In this document: in pieces, positions 9,766 through 19,554 of the stretch
Layout: every line of letters begins with the position of its first letter
Position numbering within the stretch: position 1 is the first letter of the stretch
Source of the DNA: Acidobacteriota bacterium
Lineage (GTDB): Bacteria; Acidobacteriota; UBA6911
Direction: 5' to 3'
DNA length: 64,000 nucleotides
Assembly: GCA_963664705.1 (NCBI GenBank)
Contig: OY761556.1
Span: forward strand, 5,792,001-5,856,000
Notes under the pieces: model-generated
What the model was told of the DNA's origin: nothing
The model's database searches: none
Seen by the model: the letters and a program-made list of their open reading frames with translations, nothing else
Position numbers and translations under genes: made by a program

Positions 9766-10596
9766 ATGGCATCTTCAGAATTACCTCCGCTCAGTCCAGA
9801 AGAACAGCGAAGATCCTACGCCAAATACTATAAAAGGCCGGTTTCGCCGGATCCCGCGCATCTGGCTTTGATGGACATGCCCTGCGACCCCTCAAAAGCC
9901 GTATATCCGGAGCAGATGAATGACCTTCTCAATCCCGGCGATCTGTCGGTGGAGATTGGGTGGTGCAATCTGCCCAACGGCGCGGGCTTTATCGCCAACA
10001 GGAACTTCTACAAAAATGTGACGGCAGAGATGATCGACTGGTGGTTCGCCTGGCATCCGCTTGACGGCTTGCGGTACCGCATTTGGTATCCGCCGCAACA
10101 CGCGGGAATTGATCTGAAGCCCGAAGGCCGGGCGCGAATTCTGGATCCAGGCATCCCCGTTTCTGAGAAGAATTGGGGGGTAACCCATTTTGTTACCGAA
10201 GACTGCGATTGTGGAATGGAAAACATCGAAATCACATTTCTGTCGCCTCGAGATTTCGGATTTGATATGACGCGGTGGCAGGAACCGTACGTTTCCACTT
10301 TCGCAGGCGGCTTCGGCTGGTCCACACCGGCTGGGCATACGGAGCATCCCATAAAGGCACCTTCTTTAATGTGTCATATTTTTCGAAATATCCCGGGCGG
10401 TCTCGAACACCGAACGCGCTTCTGGATCGGTTATCGGATGTCCAGCGGCAAGCCTGAACTGGTCCTGCCTCCGGGCATCGCAGTTCCGGCAATAGCGGTT
10501 CAGGGGTTGGCAAGGCACAATGTACGGGAATTCAGTAATCTTGGCGTGCTGCTGCCGGAGATCCACGCGGAATACGGCGGGCAGCTGATCGGGTAA
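9766..10596 (+). CDS. phlG: DAPG hydrolase/phloretin hydrolase family (PhlG-like) Zn-dependent C-C hydrolase
   Basis: VTAEMIDWWFAWH, RYRIWYPPQH, THFVTED, RTRFWIG, LARHNVREFSNLGVLLPEIH match PhlG family motifs including the H/E/H/E metal ligands. Start at ATG 9766 after a GGGAG RBS. Confidence 0.85.
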   Translation: MASSELPPLSPEEQRRSYAKYYKRPVSPDPAHLALMDMPCDPSKAVYPEQMNDLLNPGDLSVEIGWCNLPNGAGFIANRNFYKNVTAEMIDWWFAWHPLDGLRYRIWYPPQHAGIDLKPEGRARILDPGIPVSEKNWGVTHFVTEDCDCGMENIEITFLSPRDFGFDMTRWQEPYVSTFAGGFGWSTPAGHTEHPIKAPSLMCHIFRNIPGGLEHRTRFWIGYRMSSGKPELVLPPGIAVPAIAVQGLARHNVREFSNLGVLLPEIHAEYGGQLIG

Positions 10597-10630
10597 GCAT
10601 AAATACGTTCGAATCAGTTTTGGAGGGGGC

Positions 10631-10852
10631 ATGAGTGCCACTATTGAGATCAATCTGGATGAATGCACTGGCTGCAAAAATTGTGTTGAGGCTTGCTTTG
10701 TAGATGTGATGCGATGGGACGATGACGAAGAAAAGCCGGTTGTCGCATATGAACCGGATTGCGTCTGGTGTTTTACTTGCGAAATCAACTGCCCCGCTCA
10801 ATGCATCAACGTCGTACCTCAAATGCCGGGACAACTCGTAAATCCGTACTGA
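10631..10852 (+). CDS. 2x[4Fe-4S] ferredoxin (AprB-like small subunit)
   Basis: CTGCKNCVEAC and CVWCFTCEINCP motifs; GGAGG RBS. Confidence 0.92.
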   Translation: MSATIEINLDECTGCKNCVEACFVDVMRWDDDEEKPVVAYEPDCVWCFTCEINCPAQCINVVPQMPGQLVNPY

Positions 10853-10881
10853 GCGTCGTCCGCAAACAAAGGGAGTCATAC

Positions 10882-13128
10882 ATGGTAGAGAAAGCCAAGA
10901 ACTCAACAGCATACGATACAGACGTTCTTATCATCGGCGGCGGCTTCGGAGGCCTTTCGGCAGCGATCCGGATTAAAGAACTGTCCCCGGAATCCAGTGT
11001 GCTGCTCGTCGATAAACAGACAATTGGCTGGGGAGGAAAAGCGAACAAAGGGGCCGGCGTTTTATGGGTCCTTGCCCCCGGAGATGACATCGATGCCTTT
11101 GCGGATTTCCACGTAAAGAACATAGGGATGTACCTGAACGACCAGGATCTGCTGTATGCCATGGCCCGGGAGTCATACGGAGCGGCGCAGAAGCTCGCGG
11201 ATTGGGGCGTTAAGGTGATGAAGACTCCGAATGGAGATCTTGATGTCAGCCGGCTTCCTTTCGGATGGTCCCTGGCGGCCGCCGACTTGGATATGATGCA
11301 GCCGCTTAGGGCAAAGGCGGTGAAACTCGGAGTCAAGCTGTTGGACAAGACTCATGTGGTCGATTTGCTGAAACAGGAAGGACGCGTAACCGGCGCAGTC
11401 GGCTTCAATCTCCTGGATGGGGGATTCGCGGTCTTCAACGCAAAGGCCACGATATTGGCCAACGGAGATTGCGATTTCGGCGTTATGCGAATGTGGGCTA
11501 ATGCCACCGGAGACGGCATTGCAGCCGCCTTTAATGCCGGAGCGGAGATGCGGAATGCCGAATTCGGCAACTTTTACGATGTCACCAACAAAGGCACAGG
11601 CATTCCGATCGTTTTCGGTTTTAACTCTCTCTGGAACGCGCAGGGGGAGAATATAAGCGCCAAATACATCCATGGACCGCAGCCGGATATCCCGATTTCC
11701 ATCATTCTCGGTATGGAGAAAGAGGTCATGGAGGGAAGAGGACCTATCTATTTTGACCCGGCTGAGTTTGCGAAAAGCATGGGTGGCGGCGGCGGGGGAA
11801 TATTTCAATGGGACCGGCCTCATACCAAAGCGCTTTTTGCCTGTGATGCAAAGAAGGCACAGCAGTATGGCCCGCCACCGGCAGAGAAAATAGAAGTTTC
11901 TCTTGGATTCACAGGCGAGTTTTCCGCAATCAGAGTAGACAGCGAAATGCAAACAACCCTCCCGGGTCTGTGGGCAATCGGAGATACCAGCTATGCGGGA
12001 TCTGCATGGGCCGGCGCTGCAGAGGCGCCGCCGGGCAGATTGAGAGGCTCCGGCCTGATGAACGCTTTGATATCCGCTCTGATGTCTGCCCGGTCCGTGG
12101 TTGAGCACGCAAAAGAGGCCTCCCCTACCATTGCGGATGACAACCAGGTCGCCGCTCTAAGGGAGAAAATTTTTGCGCCTCTGAACCGTGACGGCGGATA
12201 CGCGGCTTCGGAAGCCATACGAAGCATTCAGGAAGTAGTTGTACCGGTGAAATACAGCATGCGCAGGAACAAGGAAAGACTGGAAGAAGCCTTGTCCAAG
12301 GTGGCAGCGGTCAAGGAGAGGCTGCCCGAATTATCCGCCAAGGATCCGCACGGTCTCGTCCGCTGTCATGAGGCTTCCTGCATTGCACTGTGTGCCGAAA
12401 TCGGCTTTAAGTCAGCGCTGGCGCGCACTGAAAGCAGGGGTTGGCATTACAGAGAGGATTATCCCCAGCAGGACGACAAAAACTGGCTCAAGTGGGTCAT
12501 TGTAAAAAAAGTGCAGGACAGCATGGTCGTTACCACCGAGCCCATTCCCAGCGAGCTCTATAAACTAAAGCCAGGACAGGTTACCGCTGTGCCTGACGCG
12601 GTTGTCGAACACGATGAGCTTATCGGGGTGACCCCCGAAATGATCGATTGGTGGTGGGTCAATATGGAAAAGGGATACCCATTGTGGGAACCAACCGATC
12701 ACAAATCCTTTGTTTGGGAAGTGCCGCCGCCGGTTGGAGGATATCTGGGAGCAATCCAGATCGCAGAGGAAAAAATGGGGCCAATGCCGCCGATGAAAAT
12801 TCGCATCCGGTGGGACGACCCCGCCACCTGCTCCATCCCTTGTATCTACGAGCATGCGATCGTTGCAGCTGGGGTTAGTCCCGATGGGAAGGTGGGCGCT
12901 ATGATTCTCCATGAGTGGGAAAAGAGTCCCCGGGGAACCAGGATGCGCTCCACGATGCGTTTCCCGGGTCCCGTTCCACCCGGCTTCGCCGAGATCTGGA
13001 AAGCTCACGACAGGGCGGAAGTATCGACCTTCCCCGGATTCCTGCCCGATCTCTACAGACTATGGCAGTCTGTGAAGGATCCGGCAATCAACAGGCAATG
13101 CTCATTGAAGGTGAAGAAAACTTCGTAG
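10882..13128 (+). CDS. SdhA/FrdA/AprA-type FAD oxidoreductase fused to a C-terminal PhlG-like hydrolase domain
   Basis: FAD motif DVLIIGGGFGGLSAA, GLWAIGD and RTESRGWHYREDYP. Then, in frame from ~12580, GVTPEMIDWWW...YPLWEPTDH...EEKMG...AHDRAE...FLPDLY. Start ATG 10882 after GGGAG. Confidence 0.85.
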   Translation: MVEKAKNSTAYDTDVLIIGGGFGGLSAAIRIKELSPESSVLLVDKQTIGWGGKANKGAGVLWVLAPGDDIDAFADFHVKNIGMYLNDQDLLYAMARESYGAAQKLADWGVKVMKTPNGDLDVSRLPFGWSLAAADLDMMQPLRAKAVKLGVKLLDKTHVVDLLKQEGRVTGAVGFNLLDGGFAVFNAKATILANGDCDFGVMRMWANATGDGIAAAFNAGAEMRNAEFGNFYDVTNKGTGIPIVFGFNSLWNAQGENISAKYIHGPQPDIPISIILGMEKEVMEGRGPIYFDPAEFAKSMGGGGGGIFQWDRPHTKALFACDAKKAQQYGPPPAEKIEVSLGFTGEFSAIRVDSEMQTTLPGLWAIGDTSYAGSAWAGAAEAPPGRLRGSGLMNALISALMSARSVVEHAKEASPTIADDNQVAALREKIFAPLNRDGGYAASEAIRSIQEVVVPVKYSMRRNKERLEEALSKVAAVKERLPELSAKDPHGLVRCHEASCIALCAEIGFKSALARTESRGWHYREDYPQQDDKNWLKWVIVKKVQDSMVVTTEPIPSELYKLKPGQVTAVPDAVVEHDELIGVTPEMIDWWWVNMEKGYPLWEPTDHKSFVWEVPPPVGGYLGAIQIAEEKMGPMPPMKIRIRWDDPATCSIPCIYEHAIVAAGVSPDGKVGAMILHEWEKSPRGTRMRSTMRFPGPVPPGFAEIWKAHDRAEVSTFPGFLPDLYRLWQSVKDPAINRQCSLKVKKTS

Positions 13129-13242
13129 GTACTGAAAGCCTCAAGTGGCGATCGTTCCATCGCCACTTGGGGCCCATTTGATCCCGCCATTCCGTAATCC
13201 TATTATTGGAGTTCCCGCACGACGACAGACTTCGATGGAATA

Positions 13243-15396
13243 CTATTTATAGTAATTGAAAAATACCACCAGCTTGCCGCTTTCTTTTCCGGGGATAATT
13301 TTCAGTTCTATCTGTCCGCTGACTGTTGTGCCAACACCCAATTTTTCCAATGTTGCAGTTACTGTTGGTTTATCTCCTGAGCCGATTAGTTCGGTATTTG
13401 TCAACTGGCCTTTCCACAATACCGGGCCAAAGGAATGCCTCAGTACATATTCGCCAGGAATAATGTTTTCAAATACATACTCATTGGTTCCTTCTTTAAC
13501 CATTTTTCGGTCAACAGGACCTTGTCCAAACATTCCTTCCATGGGCGCAGCGCCACCTTTCGCAAGTTCAATCTCCGCGCCACGTCCGAGAGTCCTTTGT
13601 GTTCTTTCCCTGTAGTAATCGGTTCCATTGTCAAATGCTTCAACTTCGAAATAGTATTCGGGATTTTTATTCAAACTGTGAATGGTTAATGTGTTGGCAT
13701 CGTAAACCATGTAGCTGTTGTAAAGCTTTTTGGGCTCGATGCCGTAGCGAACAACATAGCCAGCGGCTCCTTTTACCGGTTCCCACAAGAGGGTTGCGTC
13801 GCGACGATCTTCCTGGCTGCGAACTGCTTTCACATTTATTGATTTCGTAAATTTGGCAACTTCAGGATTACCGAAGATCCGCAAATCTTTCACTGCGAAT
13901 TTCCCGCTCTCCGGAGTAAATACGTTTGTTAATTTGACATACCTTGCTTTTACAGGTTCTGCAAGTTCGGCGTAATCATGTTGGATCGCTTCCTTGTTGT
14001 TGCTTTTGTCAATTACGATTGTCCAGGTCTTGTTGTCGTTCGAAACCTGGAGCGTATAAGACTGTTGCTGCGCGTTTTTGTCGGTATTGACATTCATGCC
14101 CATTCCAAAGCCGCGCCCCATGCCGGTTGTTTTGGCATCTTTCTGGTCGAAATTGATCTGCAATGCATAAATTTTGCATTCTTTGCCCAGGTCAACAGTC
14201 ATGTATTCACCGGGCTTACCTGTTTGAGCGCTCCAGAAAGTCATGAAGTTTTCATCTACGGCCTTCTGCGGTTCAAAGCCTTCCAGGGTAGAAGACGTCT
14301 CCACATATTTTTTGTTGGATAAAAGCATCCAGCCCGAAAAGTTGTTGTCAGCCGGGCTTTTTGCGATTCCGGGATAAAATTGTGGGTAGTCGCCGAAAGC
14401 TGTGTTCGAGTGCATTACCCCCTGGGCATCTACCGCCGTTGGGTACAGGGCCAAGTCGCTGCCGCCTCTTCCCCCAAAGTAAGACGGGATCATGCAGATG
14501 GTCCACAGGTTTCCGTTCTTGTCATGAAAAGTGCTGCCATGTCCACCGCCTGGAGCAAACCCGGTAGTTTTGAATGTAAGCGGGTTGTGTTCAGAATATT
14601 TGAACGGGCCCATTGGGCTGTCCGATATATAAACGCCATGAGAGTAGGATAAAAATTCGAGACCGATGGCTGCATATTGCAGGTAATATTTTCTGTTGTA
14701 TTTTACCATCCACGGACCTTCAATCCATGGGATTTCTTCGGGGAAGTACGGGCGGTGGTTGAAGAACGGGAAGATAACGTCTTCCTTTCTTCTTCTCTCA
14801 AATCCGTGGTTCTCAGGATCGCCAAAGAAGCAAACGACTGGTTTGCCTTTTTCCTTGAATCCCTTTTGGGGATCCAGTTCAACAACCTGGATCGGAAGAA
14901 GCTGGGACCATCCGTAGTACATATAAACGCGGCCATCATCGTCGATAAAAATGTCGGCATCACCGTACCGGTCACTGTCGAGTGTGGCGGCCTTGGTCCA
15001 AACACCGCTCTTGGGATCGGTCGATGAAAACAGATCCTTTGAATTCATTGCGCAGGCATAGAGGATCTTCCCGTCGGTAGCAACCCCGGGAACCCCGCCC
15101 GGAAAAGTGGGAGCATCGATATAGGTCCAATCCCTCATGTTTGGAGAGCTCCAATATCCACGGCTTCCGGTGATGAAAAGATAGTAGTCATTATTAAAAA
15201 TAAGCACGATCGGCTCGCCGGCTCGCCTGGCGCCTGGAATGGTCAGCGGGTTGCAGTAAGTCATCGGCTTATCCTTTATCAGGACAGCGGCGGCTTTCGA
15301 GACGGCATTTTCATCTGATTTTTCGGGGCCAGCTGCGCTGGCGATACTGGCAATAAAAACAATTCCGACAAGCAGTATTTCATTTATTGTTTTCAT
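13243..15396 (-). CDS. Secreted GH43 glycoside hydrolase with F5/8 type C (discoidin) and FN3 domains
   Basis: Signal peptide. TYCNPL, DADIFIDDDGRVYMYYG, WIEGPWM, GGGHGSTF (GH43). AVDENFMTFW...TVDLG...ARYVKL (discoidin). LLWEPVKGAAGYVVRYG...YYFEVEAF (FN3). Confidence 0.88.
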   Translation of the reverse strand: MKTINEILLVGIVFIASIASAAGPEKSDENAVSKAAAVLIKDKPMTYCNPLTIPGARRAGEPIVLIFNNDYYLFITGSRGYWSSPNMRDWTYIDAPTFPGGVPGVATDGKILYACAMNSKDLFSSTDPKSGVWTKAATLDSDRYGDADIFIDDDGRVYMYYGWSQLLPIQVVELDPQKGFKEKGKPVVCFFGDPENHGFERRRKEDVIFPFFNHRPYFPEEIPWIEGPWMVKYNRKYYLQYAAIGLEFLSYSHGVYISDSPMGPFKYSEHNPLTFKTTGFAPGGGHGSTFHDKNGNLWTICMIPSYFGGRGGSDLALYPTAVDAQGVMHSNTAFGDYPQFYPGIAKSPADNNFSGWMLLSNKKYVETSSTLEGFEPQKAVDENFMTFWSAQTGKPGEYMTVDLGKECKIYALQINFDQKDAKTTGMGRGFGMGMNVNTDKNAQQQSYTLQVSNDNKTWTIVIDKSNNKEAIQHDYAELAEPVKARYVKLTNVFTPESGKFAVKDLRIFGNPEVAKFTKSINVKAVRSQEDRRDATLLWEPVKGAAGYVVRYGIEPKKLYNSYMVYDANTLTIHSLNKNPEYYFEVEAFDNGTDYYRERTQRTLGRGAEIELAKGGAAPMEGMFGQGPVDRKMVKEGTNEYVFENIIPGEYVLRHSFGPVLWKGQLTNTELIGSGDKPTVTATLEKLGVGTTVSGQIELKIIPGKESGKLVVFFNYYK

Positions 15397-15846
15397 TTGC
15401 GTGCATAGGAAGCATCAGCAGGCTTTTCAAATCAGTTCCGCGCCAAATGGCTTCCCGGCTCCCCTTTCAAATTTTGACATGGGATTAGGCAATGCAACTG
15501 GAGTAATTTTCGGCGCTATTTTACTGAGAAAGGATGTTTTTGCACACCTTTTCTCCTTCTGCTGGATAGAAGGGGGTTGTATGCAGCTTGAAAGCCGGAG
15601 GCGCTCATTTGCGCTGCAGGAACGGGCATCACAAACGGAAACGGGCCCGGAGATTATTTCGACCGCGCACCACACGGGATGAAATACGCTACAGTTGTGG
15701 CAATGAGTCTACTTGTGTTGGCGAAAACGGCTTGACGAGCGGTTTGGATTCTTGGATATTGCGTTGATATTGAGCACCCAATGGAAAAGATCGTCGTTTC
15801 GGAGACACTTGAAAGCATAGTTGCCTAGAAGAGAGGGGATAATAGC

Positions 15847-17865
15847 TTGGCAGACGGATATGCAGGAAAAATATTGAGAATCAACCTGACGTCCAAGTCA
15901 ATCTCTACGATCGATACCTCCAAGTATGAAGAGTTCGGCGGGGGGTATGGGATGGGGACCGCCATCTTCTGGGATCTGGCGGTCGCGCCGGGCGAATGGG
16001 ACCTGAAGGATCCATACGATCCACGGAACGTAATTCCCCTTATGGTTGGCCCTTTTGCTGCTACTGGAGTTCCTGGCGCAGGCAGAACGAGCATTTGTGG
16101 CCTGTCTCCCGAGACATTTCCAACCTCCGAATTCTGGCGGGGTAATTTAGGCGGTCAATTCGGGACCATGACAAAACTTGCAGGTTGGGATGGAATAGTA
16201 ATTGAAGGCAAGGCCGATAAGCCGGCTTGGATCAATATCATCAACGACCAAGTCAGGATCGAGGATGCCAAGGAACTCTGGGGCCTGGATACTTGGGAGA
16301 CACAGAACCGAATCACTTCAATGGTGTGCGGAAGAGTTCGATTTGGTGAAGAATGGCAACAGATCGGGGATGCCTATACCACTGCACGACCGCAGATCGT
16401 CTGCATCGGGCCAATAGGCGAAACCAAGTCAAGACTCGCCGCTCTGATTTCCGGCAGTGGAATCAGCGTACGAGTGGGTGGCTATGGGGCGGTTTTCGGG
16501 GCCAAGAACTTAAAGGCTGTGAGCGTAATCGGGACCGGCGGGGTGCAGGTCTCAAATCCGGCGCATGTACTGGAAACCAGACTCCAGCATCTGCAATCAG
16601 GGAGTGTTTTCCCGCCCCGCCCCGGGTCGGCATCCTGCTCACCTTGCTTAAGCGGAGACCGGCGTCGGAGCAACTATTACGGCGGTGAGACCATGTGCGC
16701 CTGTCAGGGATGGCTTGGTGGCGACAAAAGCCAGACGGATCAAGACAAGGCTTCCGAAGCATTGATAAAATATGGCCTCAGCAGCTGGTCTGCCCATTGG
16801 CACCGGGACTCCTTTGAGCTTTCCGAGGCGCCGGAATTTTTTCATGGGAAAGTGCCATCGGACTTTGGCCTGGGCTCATATCTCCAGTATCTGTATGAGC
16901 AGGGAGTGTTGGGTCCGGGGAAGCAGATCGATTCGTATCCGCTGCCCATGGATCAGAGAGGAGAGTTCAGTTTCCGCCTTGCCTTTTTGGAGGCAGTTGC
17001 CCACCGTACCGGGATTGGCGATGCCCTGGCCGAAGGTTGCTGCCGGGCCGCTCAGAAATGGGGACGGCTGGAAACGGACAAGGACAACGGAGCCCTGCGC
17101 CTTCCAGCCTGGGGAGCAACAAGCCACTGGACGATGCCCTATGTTGAATGGGCTTATGCCTACATGCTCGGAGCAGGGGATCCTGCCTGGCATACATTCA
17201 TGCTTCGCACCAGCGCTCCCCGCGACGGCACATCCCTGGAAATATCTCTGGCGAATCTGGCAAAGAAGACTATCCCCTATACCGACGACATTTTCATGTT
17301 CAACTATGCGTGGAAGGGAGAGGAGGCTTGGAAAACCGGCATCTATTCGCCGCATAAAGCCAAGCAGGTGGCGTGGGGTCGGCACTATTCTTCATTTTGG
17401 AACGAATCCATGGCTTTTTGCGAGATGTTCCATCACGCGCTGGGCAGCAATAGTCCGGAATTGGAAATGGACTACTACAGAGCTGTCACCGGGAAAAAGG
17501 ACTCCTTTGCCGATACGATGCGAATCGGTCAAAAAATCTGGACCTTGGAGCGCGCCATCCGTGTCATGCACGGAAGAAGTCGGCAAACGGAAGACTTATT
17601 TCCATATATGTATAAGCCCGGAGCGTCAGGCAAGACAAAGTACGGCGGAGTGCCGATCTATGAAAACGGCAAATGGCATTCCGATTTGGCGCCGGACATG
17701 TACCTGGACCGAAAGGGCGTGGACGACTTCAAAACCCACTTCTATACGCTCGAAGGATGGGATAAGGAACATGGCTGGCCTACTCGCGGGACACTGGAAG
17801 AGTTGGGATTGGGAAGAATAGTGAAGGTACTCGGTGACCATGGGAAACTGGGAATCGGCCAATAA
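15847..17865 (+). CDS. aor: Aldehyde:ferredoxin oxidoreductase family (W/Mo-pterin) protein
   Basis: N-terminal GYAGKILRINLT, KLAGWDGIVIEGKA, CIGPIGE, GAVFGAKNLKAV and C-terminal FYTLEGWD..GWPTRGTLEELGL. TTG start after GAGGGG. Confidence 0.88.
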   Translation: MADGYAGKILRINLTSKSISTIDTSKYEEFGGGYGMGTAIFWDLAVAPGEWDLKDPYDPRNVIPLMVGPFAATGVPGAGRTSICGLSPETFPTSEFWRGNLGGQFGTMTKLAGWDGIVIEGKADKPAWINIINDQVRIEDAKELWGLDTWETQNRITSMVCGRVRFGEEWQQIGDAYTTARPQIVCIGPIGETKSRLAALISGSGISVRVGGYGAVFGAKNLKAVSVIGTGGVQVSNPAHVLETRLQHLQSGSVFPPRPGSASCSPCLSGDRRRSNYYGGETMCACQGWLGGDKSQTDQDKASEALIKYGLSSWSAHWHRDSFELSEAPEFFHGKVPSDFGLGSYLQYLYEQGVLGPGKQIDSYPLPMDQRGEFSFRLAFLEAVAHRTGIGDALAEGCCRAAQKWGRLETDKDNGALRLPAWGATSHWTMPYVEWAYAYMLGAGDPAWHTFMLRTSAPRDGTSLEISLANLAKKTIPYTDDIFMFNYAWKGEEAWKTGIYSPHKAKQVAWGRHYSSFWNESMAFCEMFHHALGSNSPELEMDYYRAVTGKKDSFADTMRIGQKIWTLERAIRVMHGRSRQTEDLFPYMYKPGASGKTKYGGVPIYENGKWHSDLAPDMYLDRKGVDDFKTHFYTLEGWDKEHGWPTRGTLEELGLGRIVKVLGDHGKLGIGQ

Positions 17866-17988
17866 GGAATTGCCTCTCAACTTAGAATGGAATCATTCCG
17901 TCATTGGTTGAATTATGCGAAAGAGTTTGCCTGATGACGACTTGTTCTCATAAAATACATTCCACTAATTCATTCCGAGGAGCTTAGG

Positions 17989-19545
17989 ATGCGCAATAAT
18001 GAAAATGAAGGGACTCGCGTCGACAGACGAAGCTTTTTAAAACAAACCACAATTGCGGGAATGGCGGCAGCGCTTCCAAACGCGCTACCGGCATCGAACC
18101 TGCTTGCCCAGACGGCTGCAAGTGCGGTTAAGATAAGCGCGAAACCGAGCGGCGGGACAAGGAAAATGCTTTTCCTCAATAATGTCCCACAGCAGTTCGG
18201 GAAATTGATCGAATCCGTACAGGCAATACCCAACCTGGATCTCATTCCCGTCACTGCATCAAAATTTAAAACCACTCAGGAAATCGTCAGCGCCATTCAA
18301 AGCCAGAGTCCGGATATCGTCCTGATGCGCATTCCGCGAATTGGGATGGCGCCTTCCGTGATGGCTGATGCGCTGGAAGGCCTGGAAATGCCCGTCGTTG
18401 TGCTGCCGGAAAATCTCGGTTTGATCATGGGTGAAGCGGACATGGTGGCGCAAATGCGAACAAAGGGCGTCAATGCCATGCTTGCGACGGACGAAGCAAA
18501 GGCGATAGAACTCTCAAGGATTCTGGCTGCGCCCGGCGTTCTCGCAGGTAAAAAGGCAATTATTTACGGCCGGCCTTTCGACTCAACCAGCGTAACCGCG
18601 CATAATCTCAATTCAGACATCATCTATAAGCGCACCGGCATCAGGATTGAATATCGGCCGATTGAAGATCTGAAAACGCAATTGGAAGGCGTATCTGTTG
18701 CAAGCGCGCAAAAGGAACTCGAGCGTTGGAAGAAGGAAGCCTATCGAGTTGATGACGTCACCGATAAAGCGCTCCTCGACACCTGCCGCGTCTATGTTCT
18801 GCTGCGTTCCATTATCGAAAAGGAAGCGTTGTCGGGCATCTCTATTGATTGCCTGAACTTCTCCTTTAACGCTCGATGGAAGGACGGGGCTCTCAGCGAT
18901 AACCGCATGATTCCGCTTCCCTGTCTAGCATTCACCCGGTTGCGCGATGAAGGCTATGCCGCACCGTGCGAAGCCGACGTGGTTGGGATGCTTTCGTCGA
19001 TGGTTTTGCAGGAAATTAGCCAAAAACCCTCCTACTTCTGCAACGTGTCTGAAATCAATTCGCAGAAGTCTCATGTTATTCTCCGCCACTGCGTCGCTCC
19101 CTTGAAACTGCTCGGCCGAGATAAGCCCGCCCTGAAATATAGAATCCGCGATTATCACGGAATGGGAGGCGCCACGCCGGAAGTGCAGTTCCCCGTCGGC
19201 CTTGAAATCACCATGGGCGGATTCACCAAAGATTTGAAAAACTTCGTGGTATGGCCGGGAAGGATTCAGCCGACAGTAATGGACACCAAAACTCCATCCT
19301 TCGCCAATGCCACTGGCGATGCGGCAAAAATGCTCAAATACTGCTCAAACAGAGCTGAAGTCAAAATCAAGGAAGTTGACCGCTTCATGCAGAACATTGC
19401 GGAAATCCACCACACAATGGTCGCCGGCAACTATGCGAGTGCGCTTCGAGATGAAATGATCCGGGCGAATGCAAACATCGTTGGACCAATGGATGCATCG
19501 GCCCCGGCGGTAAATGCCGCGGCTCCGGCCAAGAGCAAAACATAA
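17989..19545 (+). CDS. Tat-exported protein with L-fucose/L-arabinose isomerase-like C-terminal domain
   Basis: Twin-arginine signal DRRSFLK. IDCL...PCLAFTRLRDEG..APCEAD, LRHCVAP and CSNR..IHHTMVAG resemble FucI/AraA-like proteins. Confidence 0.65.
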   Translation: MRNNENEGTRVDRRSFLKQTTIAGMAAALPNALPASNLLAQTAASAVKISAKPSGGTRKMLFLNNVPQQFGKLIESVQAIPNLDLIPVTASKFKTTQEIVSAIQSQSPDIVLMRIPRIGMAPSVMADALEGLEMPVVVLPENLGLIMGEADMVAQMRTKGVNAMLATDEAKAIELSRILAAPGVLAGKKAIIYGRPFDSTSVTAHNLNSDIIYKRTGIRIEYRPIEDLKTQLEGVSVASAQKELERWKKEAYRVDDVTDKALLDTCRVYVLLRSIIEKEALSGISIDCLNFSFNARWKDGALSDNRMIPLPCLAFTRLRDEGYAAPCEADVVGMLSSMVLQEISQKPSYFCNVSEINSQKSHVILRHCVAPLKLLGRDKPALKYRIRDYHGMGGATPEVQFPVGLEITMGGFTKDLKNFVVWPGRIQPTVMDTKTPSFANATGDAAKMLKYCSNRAEVKIKEVDRFMQNIAEIHHTMVAGNYASALRDEMIRANANIVGPMDASAPAVNAAAPAKSKT

Positions 19546-19554
19546 CAGTTAACC

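Noticed and set aside
10631-13128. aprBA (adenylylsulfate reductase) call
   Set aside because: The ferredoxin-plus-flavoprotein order resembles aprBA, but the ferredoxin is short (73 aa), no sat/qmo/dsr genes are present and the flavoprotein carries a PhlG-like domain.
9766-13128. DAPG biosynthetic (phl) cluster
   Set aside because: No type III PKS (PhlD) or PhlACB homologues in the window; the context is catabolic.
15400-15846. Moco/tungsten-cofactor riboswitch upstream of aor
   Set aside because: I could not match the conserved motif by eye; an Rfam/Infernal scan is needed.
16772-17821. 349-aa alternative-frame ORF inside aor
   Set aside because: Fully overlaps a well-supported gene, has Arg/Trp/Pro-biased composition and no motifs.
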